A stretch of 64,000 bases of DNA from Malacoraja senta (GCA_038087875.1 CM075988.1:10604001-10668000); one strand, 5' to 3'. Positions 39,420 to 52,087 are shown, counted from the stretch's first letter. Numbers and translations are program-made. The notes: generated by a model not told the origin, from the letters alone.

Positions 39420-39702
39420 TTGAGAGATACAGCGTGGAATCAGGCCATTTCGGCCCACCCAGTCCGCGTCGACCTATACACTAGCACTATCACTCACACT
39501 AGGGACAATTTACAATTTACAGCAGCCAATTAACCAACACACGACTTTGGAGTGTGGGTGTAAAGCGGAGCACCCAAAGAAAACCCACGCGGTCACATGG
39601 AGAACGTACAAACGCCGTACAGACAACACCCGTAGTCAGGATTGAACCCGGGTCTCTGGCGCTGTAAGGCAGCAACTCTACTGCTGCACCATTGTACCGC
39701 CT
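39420..39702 (-). mobile_element. HE1-type SINE nested in a Penelope-derived repeat
   Basis: Penelope terminal sequence breaks at ~39415 (cttcag) and resumes at ~39712 (tcagactga). Confidence 0.85.
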
Positions 39703-40904
39703 TCTATTTACTCAGACTGACTGTAGTCGGGGGGAGAAAACAGAAGTGCTGGGGGCAGGAGAAAGCCTGCCAAGTGATGGGTAGATACAGGTGAAGGGGG
39801 ATTCCATTGACAAGATGAGTGGACAAAGGCTAGAGATAAAAAAGTTTTCACTTTCATTCCTCGTCTCTCCTTAGCTTACACGCCAAAACATCACCCTGCC
39901 ATGCCCTCCAGAGGTGCTGCCTGGCCCGCTGAGTTACTCCACCAGTTTGTGTTTTTTTAGTAAACCAGCATCAACAGGTCCTTGTATCTCAAAGAAAATA
40001 AAATATTATATTCAGCCAGAGGGATATCTTCCACATGGAGACGTCACACCTTCATAACCACACACGTAAAATAATTAAGCAGGATACATTCCATGCGATA
40101 CTGATATAAATCGTGAATCAAAATAGATGCATGAAGTTATATTCATACAATTGTACTACACACAAATTGATGCTTCAGCCCATCACAATCCTATCCCTTC
40201 TGTCCATTGGCACTGATCACATTTGCCAGCATTAGAACCATACAGTATCCTGTGCCTTGCAAATTACAGTGTCTGTCTAGATGCCTCTTAAAGGTAGTAA
40301 TTGTATCTGAAATGTTTTATTCTTTCCACATTTAGATCTATAATCATTTTTATTTATTTAGCTATTAATTATTTTTTTGAATAGGTCTCAAAACAGGTCT
40401 TTCTTTTGAATATAGACACAAAATGCTGGAACATTTTGGGACAGGCAGCATCTCTGGAGAGAAGGAATGGGTGAGTTTCGAGCCGAGACCCTTCTTCAGA
40501 GTAAGAGTCAGGGGAAAGGTTAACTAGAGGTCTGGAAAGGTACAAAGAGAATGTAAGGTGTAAAAAGGGCAGACCAAAGCAGACGTTCTTTTGAATGTTT
40601 GGGGTTGCCAGCTGACCTGCAGTGCTGGGAGTTCAGATGTGTGGGGTGGGCCCAGGCAGAGCCAAAGAGGAAGCCAATCAGTAGTGTCAGGGTTAGTGGC
40701 AGATCGGTGGCACACTGCCTTGCATGTCCCAAGATGATTTACTGCCAACGAGGTATTTTTGAAGTGCAGTTACTGTATTGTACACACAGCAAATAATTTA
40801 TGCAGAATAAGGCCCTATAACCAAATAAACCAGTGATCAGAAAATATGTTTTTAAGCATTTGTTTAGGAATTGGCCTGAGATTATTTCTTGCTCATGTTC
40901 AAAA

Positions 40905-41405
40905 TGGCACCCGATAATGGAGGGAGAGTGTCCGATGGAGGATATTTCGTGCTCCTTTGGGGGTAGTTTGCCCACCTTTTGTCCTCACCTGGCAGCCACC
41001 TCTCACCTGTGGTTCCAAGAAGCTGTTAGCATGCAACAGCTGCCACACCCTGGAAAACCATGTGAGAATAGCCGGCGGATCTCGAACCCTTGGTGAGTTT
41101 AGGAGTTTGTTCAGCCCGGCATGCGGAGTCTGTTTAGGTGGATTGGGTGGAAGAAATCCACTGGAGGGTTCAACGGCCAGGAAGGCGGCTCAGCAGTGCA
41201 CTGTGGAGTGCAAAGGGCATGTCAACGCACAAGAGAAGACATGACCATCCACTGCAGCCAAGGGAGTTTCCAGCCATAACGTGTAACCGTGCCACTGGAA
41301 TCCACCTCCTGTGGCCGAGAGGGTGGGGTTGCTCGTGTTCAACAGCCTTAATCTCTCCCATGCACAGGTTTTGTGCAAGTCCTGCACAACCATGTTATCG
41401 TCATC
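40905..41405 (+). mobile_element. Probable RTE-related non-autonomous retroposon
   Basis: GC-rich, non-coding, structured 5' part. Resembles my recollection of RTE 5'-derived repeats of sharks and rays; not verified. Confidence 0.35.
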
Positions 41406-43569
41406 TACGATGGGCCATTGAAGATAATCCTGCTATATCTCGCCAAAGGTAGCTCACAGAATGTCTGGGGCAAGCCTGTCTCCTTTAACATACATAAGTA
41501 TGGATCTTATACACAAGACATCAGCTTCTAGTCAACATAACAGTGCCATCACCGTTATACCATTAATTGCACAAAAAAACATGTTAAATGCCAATGGATT
41601 GGAACATTGCAAATGTCTAATTGTCTTTATTTGCCAATCTTTAGAGACAAAGATCAGATGCACAGGAAATAAGTTGACTATCGTTGATCAGGAGAGAAGG
41701 AATGGGTGATGTTTCCGGTCGAGACCCTTCTTCAGACTGCAGATGCTGGACTCTGGAGCTAAGAACAAAGCACTAGGGAAGCTCAACAAGTCAAGCAGCA
41801 TCTGTGGAGGGTCTAAATTATGGGTCAAGATTCCACAAAGGGATGATCCATAATTTGCGTCAAGAATCTACACGAGTACCCAAGACATCAATCATTCCTT
41901 TGCTTCCATAGATTCTGCTTGACCCACTGAGTCCCTCCAGCAGCCTGCATTTTGTTCCTCAAGGGGTAATCTTTGATTTCTGCAGGGAGTTAGAGTACAC
42001 AATTAAACATTCATTCAATTTGACCTTGACGTGATAGTGGATTTCTCCCTGTCACTGGCATACCTCCCCTTGATGAGCACAAACATTCAGAGAATAATTA
42101 AGCAGGATGCAGTTCGTGTGATGCTGGTGTCAATTTTCGACGTGAATATTAAAACATTAAAGCAACCGCTAAGAGTATGTGTCAAGCAGCTAAATCTGTT
42201 TCATCACCTCAGACTAAAATAAGTCCTCTCCCCATCATCTTAATGTGCACTTCTGCAATTAATCACAGTAATTGTGCACCTAGGAGCTGGAAGCAGGAAG
42301 TTAACTCTTGGCTGCTGCAGGAAAAAACAGCCTCGAGAAACTGGAGTGTGTCCAGGATGCTGAGAATGTAACTGCAAAGATATGTCCGAATCGCAGTTAC
42401 TCAATATTCTCATCACATCCATTCGAGCAAACACTACTGAATACACAGCAGTGATAACTTATAAAGCATAAGAATTATCTCTATCTCATGCAAGCAGCAA
42501 CCAAATGTGCTCATCCTGACCAGGAGGATTTATAAAGCTTACTTCAGCAAGACAAAGCAATGGACGATGATTGAGGGAGGTGGCCAGATGGTAAACTATA
42601 GACGGAAGGGAGGCCTTTGGGAGGTAGAAGGAGAAGAGCGTGATATGGTGGCACAGCATTAGAGTTGCTGTCTTACTGCGCATGAGACCCGGGTTCGATC
42701 CTGATTACGGGTGCTGTCTGTGCGGAGTTTTACGTTCTCCCCGTGACCTGCATGGGTTTTTCCTGGGAGCTCTAAAGACGTACAGGTTTGTAGGTTAATT
42801 GCCTCGAGACCCTTCTGAAGACCCAAAACATCACCTGTTCCCTTTCTCCTAACCCTTTAAGTTACTCCAGCATTTTCTGTCTATCTTCGGTGTAGACCAG
42901 CATCTATGGTTCCTTCCTACAAAATCCTTATCAAAATATGCATACTGTGCACTGTATGTACCCCATCCTGCCTTGCCCTTCTTGAGATGTCTGCAGTTTG
43001 TTAAGTCTTCTATTAATCTGAAAAAGGGACTCGACCCAAAACGTCATCCATTCCTTCTCTCCAGTGATGCTGCCTGTCCCGCTGAGTTGCACCAGAATTT
43101 TGTGCCTATCTTTGATTTCAATCAGCATCTGCAGTTCTTTCCTACACATGCAATTTATTAAGGTTGACCACAATCCCACCCACAATCATCATCCCACCTG
43201 AGTTCACCATCATCCAGGTGGATGGGTCACAGTCATTTGCTTCCCTTAAAATATATCCAATTGACTCAAGAGAATTACCTGCAAAGATTTCCCTTCCCCC
43301 CCCCCCTTAGTCTCTCTCACTTATCCATCATCCAGCCAGCATATATTATCAGCCGAATACATGGAGAGCAAAGTGATCACACACAGTTCCATTTCACTAG
43401 CACTTCTTGCACACTAGAACCTCTCTGTCTCCACATTGTCAGAGTAGTTCCTGGAGATTATCAGGTCCCCATCAGCAACCTCCCCTGGACATTGCTGAAC
43501 ATTGATACCATCCCTCGTCCTGGACTCTGCAGAAACGAATCTACTATGTTGAAGTTAAGAATGTAAGTT

Positions 43570-43812
43570 AGACTTTATGCTTTAGAGATGCAGCACAGAA
43601 GCTGCCCCATTGGCCCACTGAGTCCATGCTGACCAGCAATCACCCCGCACACATAGCATTATCCTGCACACTCGGGACGATTTACAATTTGATCGAAGAC
43701 AATTAACCTACAAACCTGCACGTCTCTGGAGTGCGGGAGGAAACCAAAGCACCCAGAGAAAATGCACGTGGTCACAGGGAGAATGTACAAACTCCACACA
43801 GATAGCACCCTA
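43570..43812 (-). mobile_element. HE1-type SINE, 5'-truncated
   Basis: Consensus match. Confidence 0.8.
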
Positions 43813-45344
43813 CTTTCAAAAAGCTTAGAGTGTAATATTATTACACAGAGATACACGTGAGTTATAGTCCATCCTCATTTGTGATTGTTACTGCCGACAG
43901 ACTCAATGGGAACATCGGTGTCATTAACTTGACATATTTTAAACCATTGTTTGAGACCAACAAAGATAATTACAATCTAGGTCTTTTTCTCTCCAGAGTG
44001 TTTTCTGAAGCATGTCTTGGCTGAGCAAAGGATAGTTCCTCACCGTCGTTTTCAAGATTGTTGGTGAAAGGGAACAATGGCTACAACAGTCTAACGTGTA
44101 AAACTGCTGCACTCCAGTTTACCAGGGAATGAAATACAGCTACATTAATTTCTTGGCATGTCAGCTATTAATGGAACAATTACATAAAATATAAGAAAAT
44201 GAAGTGCAAAGCAGCCTATTAAATTTAAATTCTATTACAATGAGGAAAGGAATAGTCAGTTTGGCTTGCAAAATGAAAAAATATATATTACTTTGCTTGT
44301 ACATTAGAGATATGAGTGCACTGGAGGATTGTACAGAGGAAATTTACTGAACATAACCTATCAGTTAAGAGGTGATCCCATATCGGTTGGGCTCAGAGCA
44401 CAGGATGATGATGAAGGACCTGACAGAGGTATACAAATAATGCAGGACAAAGGGTAGATAGTGAGAAACCTTTCCTTATTGCAGAGACAATAGATTGAAG
44501 GAGACACAAAGAAATGCAGATGTTCAGTTCTGTTTTAGTTTATTGTCACGTGTACCGGTGTACAGTGAAAAGCTTTTGTTGTGGCTAACCAGTCAGCAGA
44601 AAGATAATACATGATTGCAATCGAGCCATTCATGGTGTACCGACGCATGATAAGGGAATGACGTTTAGTGCAAGATAAAGCCAGTAACGTCCGATCAATG
44701 ATAGTCCGAGGGTCATCAGTGAGGTAGATAGTGGTTCAGGATGTTTTCAGTCTGAAGAAGGATCTCGGCCCAAAATGTCAACAATCCATTCTCTCCACTG
44801 ATGCTGCCTGACTTGCTGAGTTACTGTAGCATCGTGTGTTTTACAAATAAGTTTATTGTAAACAGTAAGAAGGCTTGATGGTGTTTGAAGATTTTTTTTT
44901 CACCCTGAGGGTGGTTGCAATCTGGAATACATTGGCTGAGCAGATAGTGGAGGCATCACTCTCATAATATTTAGAAGGTATCTGAGTAAGAATCATCAAG
45001 GCATTGAAGTTTAAGTGCCAAGTGTTGGGAAATGAGATTAATGTGGATTGGTACTTCATGGACCGAAGGGTCGGCTTCTGTGCTGAATGACTGTATGACT
45101 CAATTGTAAAGGGAAAATGCACATATTTTAAATAAATCATAATGCTGATGCCAAACAATGGAATGTGATGTTTTTGTGATAATCCGCTTTATATGAAAGC
45201 TATGTATTATGTGAGTAATGCAACAAAAAATAAGAGGTTTGCCAGAGCATTTACTCTTTAGCTATCTCAGAGGTTAGTATTACTCACTGCAAGGAGAGCT
45301 TATTTTATATGTGACTGTAACGCCTCATGTTCTTATTATAATAC

Positions 45345-46960
45345 ATAAGAAGGACAATCCCAAAAGATTTTATAGATACATAAGGGGGAAAAGTGTAACT
45401 AGAGAGTGATTGGGACTTCTCAGGAATCAAAGTGGTCACCTCTGTGTGGAGTCACAGGAGATGGGCAAGGTCCTAAATGAGTATTTCTCCTCTGTATTTA
45501 CAGAGGAGAAAGACAGTAGGGCGGAGGAAATTGGAGCAGTCACTGGAAGTATCTTGAGAGCAGTCAGGGTTACTGTCGAAGAAGTACTGAAGGTACTGTT
45601 GTGTTTGAAAGTAGTCAAATCTCCAGGGCCTGATCTGATATATCCGAGGACATTGTGGGAAACTAGAGAGGAAATTGCAGGAACCCTGATTGAAATGTAT
45701 GAGTCTTCCTTAAATACAGGAGAGGTGCCAGAAGACTGGAGGGTGCAAATGTTGTACCTCTTTCCAAGAAGGGCTGCAGAGAAAATGCTGGGAGCTGTAG
45801 GCCAGTGATATACAGGCATTTGGATGGGGAAGGGCTAATTAGGGATAGTCAGCATGGTTTTGTACGTGGGAGGCCATGTCTCACTGATTGATTTTTTGAA
45901 GACGTGACCAAAAAGGTTGATGACGGCAAGGCTGTAGATGTTGTGTACATGGACTTCAATAAGGCGTTCGACAAGGTTCCGCATGGTCGGCTGCTCTGGA
46001 AGGTTAGATCGCATGGGATCTTAGGAGAGATAGCTGAAAGGATAGCAAATTTGCTCAATGGAAGGAAGCAGAGGGTAATGGTGGAAGGTTGCTTCTCAGA
46101 CTGAATGCCTGTGACTAGTGGTGTGCCTCAGGGTTCGTTACTGTGCCCATTATTGTTTGTCATCTATATCAATGAATTGGATGAGAACATATAGGGCAAG
46201 ATTAGCAAGTTTGCTGATGATACAAAAATTAATCCTTTTGCAGATAGTGAAGATGATTGTGAACGATTGCAGCAGGATCTGGATCGATTGGCCAGGTGGG
46301 CGGAGGAATGGTTGATGGAATTTAATACAGAGAAGTGTGAGGTGTTGCATTTTGGGACGTCGAACAAGGGCAAGACCTATACAGTAAATGGTTGCTCTCT
46401 GGGTAGTGTTGTGGAGCAGAGGGATCTAGGAGTACAGGTGCATGGTTCCTTGAAGCTCGAGTTGCAGGTAGATAAGGTGGTCAAAAAGGTTTTTGGCACT
46501 TTGGCCTTCATCAGACAGAGTATTGTGTATATAAGTTTGGAGGTCATGTTGCAGTTGTATAACACATTGGTGAGACCACATTTAAAATATTGTGTTCAGT
46601 TCTGGGTATGTTATAGGAAAGATATTGTCAAGCTTGAAATGATTCAGAAAAGATTTATGAGGATGTTGCCAGGACTAGAGTGTGTGAGCTATAGGGATAA
46701 GTTGAATAATCTGGGTCTCTATTCCATGGAGTGCAGGAGGATGAGGGGAGATCTTATAGAGGTGTACATAATCATGAGAGGAATAAATCAGGTAGATGCA
46801 GAGAGTCTCTTGCCCAGAGTAGGGGAATCGAGGACCAGAGGACATAGGTTCAAGGTGAAGGGGAAAAGACTAATAGGAATCCGAGGGGTAACTTTTTCCA
46901 CACAAAGGGTGGTGGGTGTATGTAACGAGCTGCCAGAGGAGGTAGTTGAGGCTGGTGTTA
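45345..46960 (+). mobile_element. CR1 LINE ORF2 fragment, degenerate
   Basis: KSPGPD, MDFNKAFDKVPH, KFADDTK, RTRGHRFKVKG, with stops and frameshifts. Confidence 0.92.
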
Positions 46961-48841
46961 ATGAGCGGGGATTGCTAGTCGGTGCGGACTCGGTGGGCCG
47001 AAGGGCCTGTTTCCGTGCCGTATCTCTAAACTCAACTCAACTAAACTAATTATCTCTGAAAATAAACATGTGCTTTTGGATGTTTACACTCATTGTTCAA
47101 GCATTAAGGTGAATATGTGGCTCTTTAAAAGGGTTTACATCCTCCCTTTCTTCCTGTGCATAATGTATTTTAATTCATTAAGTTGAGGTGGGAGTCACTG
47201 ACAGGAGCAACAATTACTTTCCACCCAGAAATGCCCTTGAATCAAATAAATTGCTTGGCAATTTCAAAGGACAGTGGGCGTGAAGTCGCATATAGGTCAG
47301 ACTAGATAAGGACAGCTGATTTCCTAAATGAAAAGAATTTTCCATAAAAAAACAATCTTGCAGTTTTATAATGACCAACTGTTCTTTAAACCACATTATA
47401 AGAGCTGATTTTAATTCACCAGTTGCCATGGTGAGATTTGAACTCTTGTCTTTGACTTAATAGTTTAGGCTTCTAGTGTTCTGATCAGTAACTTTAGCAT
47501 CCAGTGTGGCCAATGTAATAATTAAAAGGGCACAGTGGCACAACTGTAAAACCCCTGTCTCACTGTGCGAGCTGACCCACGAGGTACCCCGAGTTTAAAA
47601 CAAATTTAACTCGTGGTAATCACGTACAATTAACGTAGCGGGAACGTCGGAACTCGTGGACGCAACTTAGCGACTCTTGGCGCTAACGGCAGGTACCCGT
47701 TAAACTTGTTAACTCTTGAAAAAGTTCAAACATGTTTAAACTTTTCCATGAGTAAAATGTACTCTTGAGGTTAAAATGTGAAACATTTAAACACGTTGTA
47801 AGAACGTAGTGGCCCGTGCGTTTACCTTAGTGACTCGTGAGTCTACCGTGGGAACTCTTTAACTCAGCGGGCAGGCAGCATCTCTGGAGAGAAGGAGTGT
47901 GTGATGGGATGACATTTCCAAATTTCTGCTGTGTCTTTGTGTAACTCCAGCGCTTTTAGGTGGTATGATATCCACCTTCACAAGGTGACCCTGAAGTGCG
48001 ATCAGCGGTACATGGGATATACCATCCATAACGTACATAAAGTCGACGATAATAATTTAAATATCCATTATGATCCTAGAGACAAATTCAGTTCCTCTGA
48101 GACAGATGATGAATTTTGAAAAACGTCATCATATCTAGAACTGTGACAATCAGAAATTGAATTGCGGAAACGATGTATTTTGCCGCATTGTTTTTGATGC
48201 TGCATTTTGGTTTTGTGCGCTGCTGGGGGCGACCGTGCAATAAAATGTAAATGATCAAGTATAACATTTGTGGGGCGAGGTTACAACTGAATGTGGAGAT
48301 ATTAAAACAGTTTGGTATATTCGTGTACTGCGACCGGATTTGTAAAACGGGAATCTTCGTTAAATCTTGATTTCGCCTCAACCAATATATCTCCCAGTTT
48401 CCCTGCAATTTTGGACTCCAGAACATTTTGATTTCCGAAAACAAATGTGACTTTTTTGCTTGCCTTTTTTACGTCGTTTTCAAATAACGATTACAGATAA
48501 TATTGTGAACTGTTTTACATCCGGCTGCCAATTGTATCCAGGTAGCTTCTTCAACCTGCCTCTTACATGTCTCCCATTCTGCCATTGAACAGGTAAATAT
48601 TTGCACAGAGGCAGAGGTCCTTGTGCAACAATAAACATATAAACATAAAAGTCACTCCCGGGGCCTGAAATCATCTGGCTTTCCATCATTGGCTGAGATT
48701 ACTCGATTCTTCACTATCGAAGATCGAGTTGAGTGTTGCTACATCCGCAGACCCCGCAAAAAAAACCAAGTTTTGACTTTGTTAGGATTTAGACATTTAA
48801 TATGGAATACGATTATTAAAACAGAGGAAAAACAATATCTC

Positions 48842-48847
48842 TTTATT
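48842..48847 (-). promoter_or_regulatory. Candidate AATAAA polyadenylation signal of the Zic5-like 3' UTR
   Basis: Plus-strand tttatt reads AATAAA on the minus strand, ~1.37 kb after the stop. It is followed by T/GT-rich sequence and no poly(A) run. Confidence 0.45.
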
Positions 48848-50213
48848 CACAATTGGAAAATACACTGTCACACGGTTTAACCTCTTTCACTGAAACACAA
48901 AGTACACGTGGATCATTCATTTCAATAAAGGAACTGTCTTTGTTGCATTTTTGTTCAATCAGGAGTTCTGGGTGGTGTTTGTCAATGCAAGGGAAATACA
49001 AGATGACTGCAACATGCATCATGATCATAACATGGACCAATACTGTAGTTACAACGATTAACCACCATTGAGCAGAAATAAACAATCACATATTTTACTT
49101 TTCACATTTTACATTTCATTCAATTAATCAAAAATTAAATTGTCTGACGAAACCACAGATTCATAAACACCACAATATCGCACCAAACGTAATAATATAA
49201 TTATTTGGTGTGTCTGTACTATCGCAGAAAGATATGACACATCAGCAAATAAATTATAGTTTACAAATAAAAGAGCATTACTGGACAAAATCTTAAGATA
49301 GCTAACGATTACATCAACGACTTGCTGCCCACAACAATGATGTACAAATCCTACAGGGACAGGCCTGTCATTTTTGCATCTTCTGGCCTCTAAGGACATA
49401 TTAGTGCTCTTTAGTTTGTTTGTCTGAAGGCCTGAATAATTATGTGTAAAATATGAGATTTTTGACTTTTCCATGACGGATAGAAGATCACTCAAAAGAA
49501 TCTTAGAGCTCTTGGATTTAAGGGTTGAGATATTGTCGATTCTGATTTCAGGGTCAAAAAGAGTCCTTGTGAGTTTCACTCTTACTGATAGAAGACGCTT
49601 TTCACATATAGCAGGAAAGTCCGAATTCAGCTTTGTATGTTAGGGATGTGTAAATAGAATGCCGCTTGTGCTTCGTTACCGAACGTGGTGGCACTGGGTC
49701 ATTTCACTGAACACAAGGCTATGGCCGTTTTGATTCCCTCCAGGGATTGTAGTCATGAAGATTTTACAGAATTGTAGAATTTCCCTTCTTTCGGACAATG
49801 GTCTCTAATTTGTGAGTAAGCAAAGGTCGGCTATGTATGTATCACTTCCAAGAAGCGAGGTGTTTCTCGTGGGTCGAAGATTCTATTGCCAGTCCAAAAT
49901 GGGTCTGATGATATGTTTTATCTATTTAAGTCACGTCTGATTTCAGAAAATCAATATCTATAGTCTGAAAGTAAATGAGATAGCGATTCTCTTTTACCTC
50001 GAAGTACACACAATAATTCTGACTGACACGGAGGCCAAAAAGTTGCTTAAGAACCGATACTTAGCCCTTAAATTCCTTTCCTACGAGGTTTGAATCTAGC
50101 TGGTGTAAGATGGTCATCATTGGACATCCTAGCTGCCTTTAGTTGATGGGCTCCATTGCCACTATCCCTGCGTTGACTCTTGCCCACTTGCACACTTCTC
50201 CAACGCACCTATG

Positions 50214-50596
50214 TCAGAGCATAGTTCTGGGATCAGAGTTCGTGTAAACTTCCTCATCCTCGGTGTTGGACGAGGTGCCATTGTTGGAAGGTGCGTGCAG
50301 GCTGTTGGCCACCCCGCTTCCCTCACTGACGTACCATACGTTGAGGTTAGTTACTTGCGAGGACACGCTGGCAGTGCGGCCCCTGACTGTCTCTGCGGCT
50401 GAGGACACCATCCCCAGAGATGTGTTTGAAAGCTCATAGCCTGAGCTAGCGGGAGGGGGAGGAGATTTGCAGTGAACTTTCATGTGTTTGCGAAGAGAAC
50501 TAGGGTGAGTGTATGACTTGTCGCAGCCTCTTACTTTACAGTTGTACGGTTTATCACTGGTGTAGATGTGAGAATGCTTCTTCCTCACTGCTATTG
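50214..50596 (-). pseudogene. zic5: Zic5-like terminal-exon fragment (end of C2H2 finger 4, finger 5, C-terminus); 5'-truncated and mutated
   Basis: Translation [44 protein letters not shown]...[11 protein letters not shown]...[25 protein letters not shown] matches the Zic4/5 subgroup, and the tail matches ZIC5 (QVTNLNEWYVCQ...TEDEE). Lesions: a 2-nt deletion between the NSS and RKK codons (aat agc agt ga--gg aag aag, ~50584), zinc-ligand HVH->HIY, and NEWYVCQ->NVWYVSE. Homology stops at ~50596 and no upstream Zic exon is visible. Confidence 0.88.
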
Positions 50597-50975
50597 TTTC
50601 AAACAAATCATAAGTATAACTGCTCTGGCACTGGACGGTGCGCATTTTCCCTTTGTAGGTCATATCAATAGATGCGGCCGCGCTGAATTCTATCTTAACT
50701 CAAAGCCGCAGGATGGAGATGTCTTCTTTAACACTGTTGCTTATTAAAACAGACTTCATTCACGGTTGGCTCAAGAGTAACTCGGGAGAGGAACTTGATA
50801 ACTCGGGAGACGAACTTGGAACATCGCAGAAATGACAAGTAAACGGCAAACTTAGTCATACCCATGGGAACTCGGTTAAACTCTTGATCATACACTTGGA
50901 ATCTCGTACACTTCGACGAGTCTTTCACTCGGGGTACCTCGTGGGTCCACTCGCACAGTGAGACAGGGCTTTTAA

Positions 50976-51282
50976 GGCGGCACAATGGTGCCGCTGGTAG
51001 AACTGTTGCCTCACGGTATCCCAACCTCGTGTGCTGTCTGTGTGAAGGTTGCACGTTCTCCCTGTGACTGCATGGGTTTTTTCTAGGTGCTTCCCAAAAC
51101 ATCTCAAAGACGTGGCGGATTTGTTGACATATTGTCCTCGGTAAATTGCCCCTCTTGTGTCAGTGTGGATGAAGATGTTGGGTAACACAGAATGAGTGTA
51201 TACCTGGTTATTGTTGGTTGGTGCAGACTCAATAGGCCGTATGTCCTGAATACATGTTGTATCTCTAAATTCTAAACTCTAA
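50976..51282 (+). mobile_element. HE1-type SINE abutting the right TIR
   Basis: Head ggcggcacaatggtgccgctggtagaac, tail tatctctaaattctaaac. Confidence 0.8.
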
Positions 51283-51493
51283 TATCTTTGATTGGAGCAT
51301 GTGAATCTTTCATTAATGCATGTATTCAAGAGAGCGTTAGATATAACTCTTAGGGCTAACGGAATCAAGGGATATGGGGAGAAAGCAGGAACTGGGTACT
51401 GATATTGGATGATCAACCATGATCAGATTGAATGACGGTGCTGGCTTGAAGGGCCAAATGGCCTACTCCTGCATCCATTTTCCATGTTTCTAA

Positions 51494-52087
51494 AGGCTCT
51501 GTCTTACCTGTTTGCGGTCATCGGCGGTGAAGCGCGGCGTTGCCGGTAGCGGGGACCGCACGGCAACGGCGAGAGCGCCGAGCCTATCCACTGGAGCGCC
51601 GCACGGATGCTGCGCGGGGGCCGAGTAATTCAAATACGGCTGGTCCCACGTGCTTGCGGTAAGTAAAAAAAAGGGCGGGCCGACTGCGATGACGTCGGCC
51701 CGCCGCACGTGACTCACTAGCGGCGGCTGTGGCGGCGGCCGTCCTGATCGCGGCGCTGTAGCGGTGGCTGTGCCTGCGGCCATGCCGCACACGTGCCTCA
51801 CTGGCGGAGGCACGTGCCTCACTGGCGGAGGCTGTGGCAGTGGAAGTTTGATGCACAGCGCTCGAGCCACACTGGCGGCGGCCCGTGCGGACGGCCGTGC
51901 CGCACTCGTGCATCACTGGTGGAGGTTGTGCGGTAAGAATATAGTTTTAAACAGTGTAGGTTTTATTTTAGCACCGTGCGGTGTTGGGAACGGCCCCGGA
52001 ATTGTGCGTTCTCACGAGTGCGCGGTCTATGGCGGCAGATTCTTCCCGTTTCGCCGCCAATGACCGCAGACTCGTGAGACAGGCCTT
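51494..52087. mobile_element. GC-rich PIF/Harbinger-type MITE inserted in a CR1 tail
   Basis: Imperfect ~40-bp TIRs (AGGCTCTGTCTTACCTGTTTGCGGTCATCGGCGG versus rc AAGGCCTGTCTCACGAGTCTGCGGTCATTGGCGG), TAA/TTA flanks, internal 21-bp tandem duplication at 51790-51831. Confidence 0.8.

Larger units (their letters stand above)
47550..50971. mobile_element. Non-autonomous TIR DNA transposon (PIF/Harbinger-like ends) carrying the Zic5 fragment
   Basis: Left end AACCCCTGTCTCACTGTGCGAGCTGACCCACGAGGTACCCCGAGT (47550-47594) versus reverse complement of the right end AAGCCCTGTCTCACTGTGCGAGTGGACCCACGAGGTACCCCGAGT (50927-50971): 3 mismatches in 45 bp. Flanks are TAA (47547-49) and TTAA (50972-75). Both arms are rich in AACTC/AACTT subterminal motifs. 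Confidence 0.8.

Noticed and set aside
49124..49579. 151-aa ORF
   Set aside because: Lies in the presumed Zic5 3' UTR and has no recognisable motif.
50214..50663. 149-aa ORF as an intact Zic gene or a normal terminal exon
   Set aside because: The first ~25 residues are non-Zic, homology begins mid-finger with a frameshift, a zinc ligand is lost, and no upstream exon is visible.
51490..52063. Ala/Pro/Gly-rich ORFs
   Set aside because: By-product of high GC inside a TIR-bounded MITE.
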